NCBI GenBank assembly: GCA_951406725.2
Contig: OX597824.1
Location: forward strand, 46,004,001-46,068,000
Length of the DNA: 64,000 bases
Source of the DNA: Octopus vulgaris
Taxonomy: Eukaryota
Direction of reading: 5' to 3'
The notes below the pieces were generated by a model, which saw only the letters and a list, made by a program, of their open reading frames with translations, did no database searches and was not told the DNA's origin. How positions within the stretch are numbered: position 1 is the stretch's first letter; the number at the start of each line of letters is the position of its first letter. Shown piece by piece: positions 55,919-64,000 of the stretch. A program made the translations under genes and the position numbers.

Positions 55919-58110
55919 ATTCATCTTAAAATACTATAATATATAGCATCATAATTTATCTTAACTTGTAACCTTAATGCTATCATCTGCATAATCTGAC
56001 TTGGGCAGAATTAGTAAGTCTATCATTGTTAGAATTATCCCTTGTGTTAAAAGAAACACGAATCTCCCACTTTGGATATCCACAGGAGATATCATAACTT
56101 GGTTCTGCTCATTGAATAATAAATGGAAAACTCACTTTATACAGTTTGGCATTAATAATTACTACCAATTTATTAAGCCTGATTTACTTGACAAAGCAAT
56201 TACTTTTATGGAGAATTTTACTGGTATTACACCATTAGAGAAAAATATTATTTTTACTGCAAGGAAAACACTGATATCCTTCAGAAATAGGACTTGGACC
56301 CAATGTGACCTTCATGATGACTTTGATGTTACAATGGGAAGCATGGACTCTGCCCAAATCACATATATTGTTGGCCTATTCTTACTTTCAAAAAAAAAAA
56401 AAATTCCCAATATCAGCAGAGGTCTGTACAGAGAGAATGCCTTATTCACTACATTCGGCTCCTCTACACAAGCAACTGATAGGATAAGGAAAAGAGTAAT
56501 TAGTAGTTATATAACTTAAATATCATATTTGAAAATGTCACTAAATGTGTTAACATATTGGACGTAACATTAAATTTAGATAACGGCTTATTCTATCCTT
56601 ACCATAAACCTAATAAAACTATTAAGTATATCCATGCCGTATCAAATCATCTCCAAAGTGTCATTAAGGGGATAATCAAAGGTGTGTCAATAAGAATCTC
56701 TAACTTATCTGCAAACGAAAAGATTTTTGATGATTTTGCACCCTTTTATAATACAGTATTGAAAGACAGTGGATTCAATAGGAAGATATATTATATTAAG
56801 AACACAATATTTAAAAATGAATTAGGCAAACGTTTTCCAAATATTGCAAATTTAAACATCAACATGCCTCCCACAAACAACCCCACTGAATATAGGAACC
56901 AACAACATTTTATAAGATACTATAATTTATTTAATTATAATAACAATAATTATACTGTGCAGAATAAGTACAACTCGGGGAGGAGACGGGAAATTATATG
57001 GTTAACACCTCCTTTTTCCCTCCAGGTCAGAAACCTCCCTAAATTATTTTTTAGGATTATCAATAGGAATTTCTCATTAGGCCATAAATATCATTCCATA
57101 TTTAATAGGTCCTGCCTTAAATTATTGTACTCAACAACACCCAATCTGGAATCTAGAATCATGGCCAACAATAGACTTAAACTTAGAAATAATAGTATTA
57201 ATAGAGATGATAATATAGCTGACCTTAACATGAAGAATAATAATAAGAACCCTGATATTAAAAATAGAAAGGCTAAGCATGGAAATGTAACATGTAACTG
57301 CCATAATAGGGAGTTATGTCCCTTAAAAGGATTCTGTTTAAGGAGAAATGTCATATATAAAGTTGAGGTTTCAACCCTTAATGAACCTAAAAAGATATAC
57401 ATAGTAAGTACGATTGATTTTAAGATTAGATATAGAGTACACATAAATTCATTTATCAATCATGAAACAAAAGATTCAACCACACTAGCTACCCACATTA
57501 ATAAATTTAAAATGTGCAAAAAGGGATTCAGTCTAGATTGTGCCGACAAAAAAGTTTACTTAATAAGATATCGGATGTCATTATTATTTGCAAAGATAAA
57601 TATTTATCAACTTTTAAATTTTTACCCAAAAATAATTAGCCATAGGATTTTAACCTAGTTACCCTTCATATATTTGAATTCATTTTAAAATACTATAATA
57701 TATAACGTCATAATTTATCTTAACTTGTAACTTTAATTCTAAATATATCATCCACATGAACAGTATAATCCGACACAGCATTTGTTTTTTTAAAATTCCC
57801 AAATCTTTCGTGTCTCTTAAAATTTTAAAATTTTAATAACTCTTTTAATCTTTTAACTCTGATGAGAGAAGTATAGATGATTGCTATGGCTGGAGTTAGC
57901 TTGCCCATATCAACCTATATCTTCCCAAAACGGCCATCAGACTTTGCACTTATTCAGGATTCCTCTTAAAATCATTTTATGCTAACTTTCTCATCTACCT
58001 TCCTCATTGATTTTAATACAGACATTCAACTTAGCAAGTACATTTATGTATTTATATATTTATAAATTCTTATGAATTTTTACTATACCTAGTGTATACG
58101 AATGCACCTA
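55919..58110 (+). mobile_element. Penelope-like retroelement (Naiad-like), 5'-truncated and inactive
   Basis: RT: FDVTMGS.DSAQ…VGLFLL…GLYREN (YRDD mutated), LDVTLNL…YPYHKPN; IIWLTPPFS; CNCHNRELCPLKGFC linker; GIY-YIG NVIY…IYIVST…FKIRYRVH. A direct repeat of about 70 bp lies at 55919-55990 and 57678-57755. Confidence 0.9.
57855..57943 (+). ncRNA. Degenerate hammerhead in the PLE 3' repeat
   Basis: CTGATGA-GAGAAGTATAG…CTATATCTTCCC-AAAAC-GGCC-ATC-AG; G12A and GUC>AUC changes, both CpG-type. Confidence 0.7.
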
Positions 58111-58294
58111 TGTATTTTCTAAAGTATTCCGACAATTTGAAAAGGATTGAGTGAATATGAACACTGAGCTTTGAACTTTGTTCTCTCTTTCTTAATTTTA
58201 TTCTCCTGAAGGTCTATTAGAAGGCTAACTAGGTGTGCTGTATAAAGTGGATAATTATACCATTTACTTTTTCATTATATATATATATATATAT

Positions 58295-58702
58295 AAGATT
58301 ATTTCAGTTTCTGTCTACCAAATCCACTCACAAGGCCTTGGTTGGCCCAAGGCTATAGTAGAAGACACTTGCCCAAGGTGCCACGCAGTGGGACTGAACC
58401 CAGAATCATGTGATTGGGAAGCAAGCTTCTTACCACACAATCATGCCTGCAACTATATATATATATATATATGTATATATTTCTTTATTGCCTACAGGGA
58501 GCTAAACATAGAGAGGACAAAGAAGGACAGACAAAGGGATTAAGTCAATTACACTGACCCCAGTGCATAACTGGCACCAATTTAATCAACCCTGAAAGGA
58601 TGACAGGCAAAGTCAACCTCAGCAGAATTTGAACTCAGAACATAAAGACATTTGAAATACCGCTAAGCATTTTGCCTGGCATGCTAACATTTCTGCCGCC
58701 TT
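58295..58702 (-). mobile_element. CORE-like SINE head (58295-58450) and Meta-like SINE (58480-58702)
   Basis: Match the copies described above. Confidence 0.75.
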
Positions 58703-58759
58703 ATATATATAAATATATATGTATGTATGTACGTGTATATGGATGTATGTGTGTGTGTG

Positions 58760-58806
<47 letters not shown>

Positions 58807-58939
58807 AGAGTTTATGAAAAAAACACAAGACGAAGACAGGTGGTGTACAAAACAAACAGATGTATTAGTATAATACTCAGAAATAGAAAAAATCTTTTAC
58901 GTTTCAAGCCTACACTCTTCTACAGAAAGGGACACAGAA

Positions 58940-58979
<40 letters not shown>

Positions 58980-58984
58980 TATAA

Positions 58985-60410
58985 AATTAAGTATAAGGAA
59001 AGGAAAAATTGTAAGTGTAGACGAACTTTAATTCAATTCAAATCCAAGTTGGTACAGAACCAATATACATTCTACAAATTGTTTCAGAGTCTAATTAATT
59101 CCAAAGAAAAAAAATCCAAAAAACTCTTCATGAAATAAAAATTAGATTCCTCATCAGGAATTATATACTGGTATGAATAGTTACAACCAACAAAATATAC
59201 AATACCTTTTTAATTTTTTTTAAAAATTTAATTTTAAGTTATCGTGACTATTTTAATTTTGATTCATCTGTGTTTAATTATCTTACTACCATTTTGTTAT
59301 TTCTATATTTATTTATTAGCTGACCCCATGCTGTTTATAATTGATGGCTAATTGTTATTTAAACAAGATACAAAATGAAGTATAGAACAATCAGATACAA
59401 GCATTCACATATTTTCCAATCTCACACATACATACATACACATACTCAAACAAAATTGGTATGATGTCAGTTTTTATCTTCAGAGTTGTATGAAGGCATG
59501 GAAACATTTTCATTACTTATGCACACATTCACACACACACAGACATGCACATGCATATACACACAGACATTCACAGAATTCCCTTTTTCATACACACACG
59601 TATACACATATACTTACACAGAGTTGAATGGCTGTCTTTTACTTTATTCATCCCTTCCTTTCTCATTCATATGTTGAAAACAGAAGATACACTCTGCGTT
59701 CTTCTTTCTCAAACGGTCATTACTTTCTCTCATTCTTTCAGTCATGGCTATTACTCTCTTCGTCTCTCCTTCACTGTATTAATATTTTCTCTCCTCTCCT
59801 TTCTCTGATACTACTCTTTCTCTTTAGCCATTCTACTGTTTTATTTGTAGAAGGCTATTTTGTAAACAAAAGATCTGCTTTTTATTTTTAATTTTATTTT
59901 TGTTTGATATTACCATATCATTAAGTTTAAATAAGGACATTTATTACTTTTTAGTGGATAATATATTGGTTTGTAGTTATTAATTTAAAAATTTTTGATT
60001 AGATAACCCTATTATTTTTCTGGTTAATTTTTGTTTCATTAAATCTATATCTTTTCTAGATATTTATAAATCATGAATAGTAATGTTAATAAAACAAATA
60101 TATATATTTTTTATATATATGTTTTACTAGTTATGAATATCTGGTGTTCTTGTTATCTTTCATTTATTTGTTCATTCATGTCAGGGCTATGAAAGGTCTT
60201 CGTAAATTTTGCAGGTTGTAACTATTCATATCAGTATGTAATTTCTGACAAGGAATCTAATTTTTTTTCATGAAGAGCTTTCCGCTTTTGTCTTTGGAAT
60301 TAATTAGACTCCCAAAAAATTTGTAGAATGTATATTGGTTCTATACCAACTTGGATTTGAATTGAATTAAAGTTTGTCTACACAATTTTTCCTTTCCTTA
60401 TACTTCATTT
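58985..60410. repeat. Inverted repeat pair (58985-59190 and 60213-60410), each arm with an HHR motif
   Basis: Reverse-complement arms of about 200 bp (TTTAATTCAATTCAAATCCAAGTTGGTA…). Confidence 0.85.
59063..59166 (-). ncRNA. Type I hammerhead ribozyme with intact core
   Basis: ATATAATTC-CTGATGA-GGAATCTAATT…AATTAGACTCT-GAAAC-AATTT-GTA-GAATGTATAT; predicted cut between 59073 and 59072. Confidence 0.75.
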
Positions 60411-60517
60411 ACTGTTTTTGCAAATATTGAGTATATATTTTTATATATATTCTTTACTTGGACTGTACTGGCAGACTTGGTTGTTTGACATCCCTTTGAA
60501 GGATTTCGGTCCTCACC

Positions 60518-60563
<46 letters not shown>

Positions 60564-61034
60564 CAATTAGAGGTTATGTTAGCCTCATGAAGAGATGGTG
60601 TCATCCAAGGAAATACTGGTTCAATACCTTATATTTTGGGAGGAAATGATTTCCTTAAAATAATAGGTATGTATATAAAAAACCTGTAGTCTATATTCAT
60701 ATAAAGGAAGAAGAAAATGGAGATTGTAAAGTTAATAAGAGTATATTATCAACAACAAATCAAACCTTATCCCTTACAGCTGTTTCAATTGTATTCTGTA
60801 AATTAATTAAATATTAAGTTCATACTTCTGAGCATAATATTTTCAGATGGAAAATATATACCCTTAGATGTTTTACATGTTTGTTTATAGATTCATTATA
60901 GCAGACTGAATGATACTATTTATTATTTGCATTTTTATCCCCCAGCCCGTATAACAATTTTTACACACACTAAATAATATACTTTCTTTTTTCTTACACT
61001 TATACAGATATATGCACAGATAAGGAATTAAATA

Positions 61035-61438
61035 ATCACTAGTATACATAAATACATACATAAATGTTCATGTATGTTGATCTGTAACTATGTACACATA
61101 TATGTATATGTAAGAATAGACACATACTTGTTTGTGTGTATCTGTATGCGTATATATACACACATGTGTGTGGGGGTATAAGCAAATACTCATGAGTGGG
61201 CAGGTACGCATATGTGTATGCAATTATGTAAGTGTGTACATATATACTTGCATGTGTGTATGTGTGTAAATGTGTGTGCATGTATGTATGCATTTATGTA
61301 TGCATGTGTATGTATGTATGCGTATGCATGTATGTGCATCTATTCATACACATGGGTGTATATGCATGCATATGTACATGTGTGTATGTCTGAGTGTATA
61401 GGTACATATGTGCATGTTTGTACTGGTGTAGGCGTGTA

Positions 61439-61487
<49 letters not shown>

Positions 61488-61960
61488 GCTTGTGTATGCA
61501 TAGACATGTGTGTGCATATGTGTATATATATGCATATATGTGTGTATGTATATGTGCATATATGTGTATATGTATGTATATATCTATGATTAAATTTATG
61601 TACGCTTGTACGTGTGTACACACAGACATTTATTTCCACATGTAAATTAAGACAACAATTTAAGAAACCATTAAACAAATACACTTCCATAGAAATGCTA
61701 TAGTGTAAACATAATAATTCAAAATTCCACAAACCAATCGTGAATCAACTGACCAACATGGATCTATATCAATTTCTTCTGAGGAGTGATGAGTTAAAAA
61801 GTGTAAAGGTGTATATATATCACTTGTATAAGTAAATACATACATAAATGTGCATGTATGCTGATCTGTAACTCGTATGTACACATATAGGTGTATGTAA
61901 GAATAGATACATACTTGTTTGTGTGTATCTGTATGCATATATATATACACACTTGTGTGT
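61035..61960. repeat. Direct repeats of about 135 bp (61035-61170 and 61819-61960) around a (TG/TA)-rich tract
   Basis: ATACATAAATGT.CATGTATG.TGATCTGTAACT…TAAGAATAGA.ACATACTTGTTTGTGTGTATCTGTATGC occurs twice. Confidence 0.75.
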
Positions 61961-62143
61961 ATATAGTTAATCAAATAGATCTTTTGAGAATAAAGTATAC
62001 TGGATTTCAAATAAGTGCTCTTGATATGAGAAATGTCTAAAACCTTAAACGAATTTAGAGATTCAATTAGAGCAATTATATATTAGAAAGTAAAAGTAGG
62101 AAAAATAATATCATAAAAATTACTACTGTGATTTTTATGATAT

Positions 62144-62309
62144 AGGCGCAGGAGTAGCTGTGTGATAAGTAGCTTGCTTACGAACCACATGGTTCCTGGT
62201 TCAGTCCTACTGTGTGGCACCTTGGGCAAGTGTCTTCTACTATAGCCTCAGGCTGACCAAAGCATTGTGAGTGGATTTGGTAGACAAAAACTGAAAGAAG
62301 TCCATCGTA

Positions 62310-62342
<33 letters not shown>

Positions 62343-62564
62343 GTATGCGTGTTAAATATGTTGTGTATCTGTGTTTATCCCTCCAACATCGCTTGACAAC
62401 TGATGCTGGTGTGTTTACGTGCCCGTAACTTAGCGGTTCGGCAAAAGAGACCGATAGAATAAGTACTAGGCTTATAAAGAATAAGTTCTGGGGTCAATTT
62501 GATTCAACTAAAGGCGGTTCTCCAGCTTGGCCACAGTCAAATGACTGAAACAAGTAAAAAGAGT
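62144..62564 (+). mobile_element. Full-length CORE-like tRNA SINE
   Basis: AGGCGCAGGAGTAGCTGTGTG…GGTTCAGTCC…ACCTTGGGCAAGT…AAATGACTGAAACAAGTAAAAAGAG. Confidence 0.85.
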
Positions 62565-62888
62565 GATAAGTCCATAATATAATTAATATTGTATTAATTA
62601 ATAAATATATAAAGTATAACTATGATTATTTAAAAAGATTTCAGAGTTTGTTACACTTATGGATTACATACTGAAGAGAAAATTAAATTATGAGACTTAT
62701 ATCTACACACAGCCACTACAGATTCTTACAAATGATTTTACCATGGATTTATATTATTTTTTCATAATTTTTAGCCCAAATTTATACTAATAAACATCTA
62801 TACCAATAACGTTTTAAGCAACACCTTTATCATACAATTTTAAATAGCATCTCTATCATTTGATCTACTACATGGAAATTCATCCTTT

Positions 62889-62977
62889 TCTCTGATGAGT
62901 GGATATATGTACTAATAATGATTATCAACTTTGGATTTCATTTCGAAAGGTAGTATATTCATGAAACAATTGTAAGA
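62889..62977 (+). ncRNA. Type I hammerhead with intact core and weak stem I
   Basis: TCT-CTGATGA-GTGGATATA…TATATTCAT-GAAAC-AATT-GTA-AGA; palindromic stem III ACAATTGT. Confidence 0.7.
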
Positions 62978-63025
62978 TCTCTCAATCTTTTTAAATAACC
63001 ATAGTTATACTTTATATATTTATTT

Positions 63026-63893
63026 CATCATCATCATCATCATTTAATGTCCGCTTTCCATGCTAGCATGGGTTGGACGATTTGACTGAGGTCTGGCGAA
63101 CCAGACTCCAATCTGATCTGGCAGAGTTTCTACAGCTGGATGCCCTTCCTAATACCAACCATTCCATGAGTGTAGTGGGTGCTTTTACGTGCCACCGGCA
63201 CGAGGGCCAATTTGGTGGTACTGGCAACAGCTACACTCAAATGGTGCTTTTTATGTACCAGCTGCATAGGAGCCAGTCCAGTGGCACTGGCGACAAACTC
63301 GCTTGAATGTTTTTTTTTTCACATGCCACCAGCACAAGTGCTAATAACGTGACGCGGTAACAATCATGCTTGAATGGTGTGTTTAATGTGCCATTGGCAC
63401 AAAGGCCCGCTTGTTGCTCTGGCAACGATCTCACTCGTATGGTACTCTTAGCGCTCCACTAGCAACGGATGCTAGTCACCGAGTTTGATTTTGATTTCAT
63501 GTGCCTCAACAGGTCTTTGCAATCGAGTTCGATTTCGACTTCGATTTCACTTGTTTCAACTGGTCTTCGCAAGCAGAGTTTAGTGTCCAATGAAGAAAAG
63601 GCACACGTAAGTGGACTGGTTACACCCCTAGCATAGGCCACAAGGTTATGGTCACACTTGCACTTGCTGAGTCTTCTCAAGCACAGCATATTTCCAGAGG
63701 TCCCGCTCACTAGTCATTGCTTCGTTGAGGCCCAATGTTTGAAGGTCATGCTTCACCACCTCATCCCAGGTCTTCCTGGATCTACCTCTTCCACAGGTTC
63801 CCTCAGCTGCTAGGGTGTGGCACTTTTTCACACAGCTATCCACATCCATTCTCGCCACATGACCATATCAGCTCAGTCGTCTCTCTTGCACAT
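63026..63893 (-). mobile_element. 5'-truncated RTE-clade LINE
   Basis: ORF 63652-63858 …EGTCGRGRSRKTWDEVVKHDL…W…; (GAT)n tail at 63026-63043. Confidence 0.85.
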
Positions 63894-64000
63894 CAAATAA
63901 CAGTGATGCCAGTGTTATTTTTATTTTTGCGTAATTTAGACAATATATTCACCACACACTGTGTATGTATGTGTGTGCATATATGTATATATGTATGTAT

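Overview
AT-rich, microsatellite-dense animal genomic DNA, mostly intron or intergenic sequence filled with decayed transposons. The SINE/LINE repertoire and repeat load resemble octopus or another coleoid cephalopod; this is inferred, not searched. Almost all ORFs in the supplied track are microsatellite or TE artefacts. One convincing host exon is visible: a minus-strand terminal coding exon (40802-40584) encoding the C-terminal half of a PH domain and ending in a CaaX box (CVLQ). A few weaker minus-strand exon candidates lie downstream of it. Mobile DNA includes mariner and maT-like Tc1/mariner relics, a Chapaev3-type transposase relic, piggyBac-type MITEs, Helitrons and a Helentron-type element, RTE, CR1 and R4/Dong LINE fragments, several tRNA-derived SINE families, and Penelope-like elements (PLEs). 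Highlights: (i) about ten type I hammerhead-ribozyme (HHR)-like motifs, two with intact cores and two with a compensatory U3-A8 core, one of them in a 364-bp retrozyme-like unit; (ii) a PLE 5' fragment preceded by a Ulp1/C48-like cysteine protease; (iii) a foldback element with a (TTAGGG)n core. All calls were read by eye, and boundaries of degenerate repeats are approximate.
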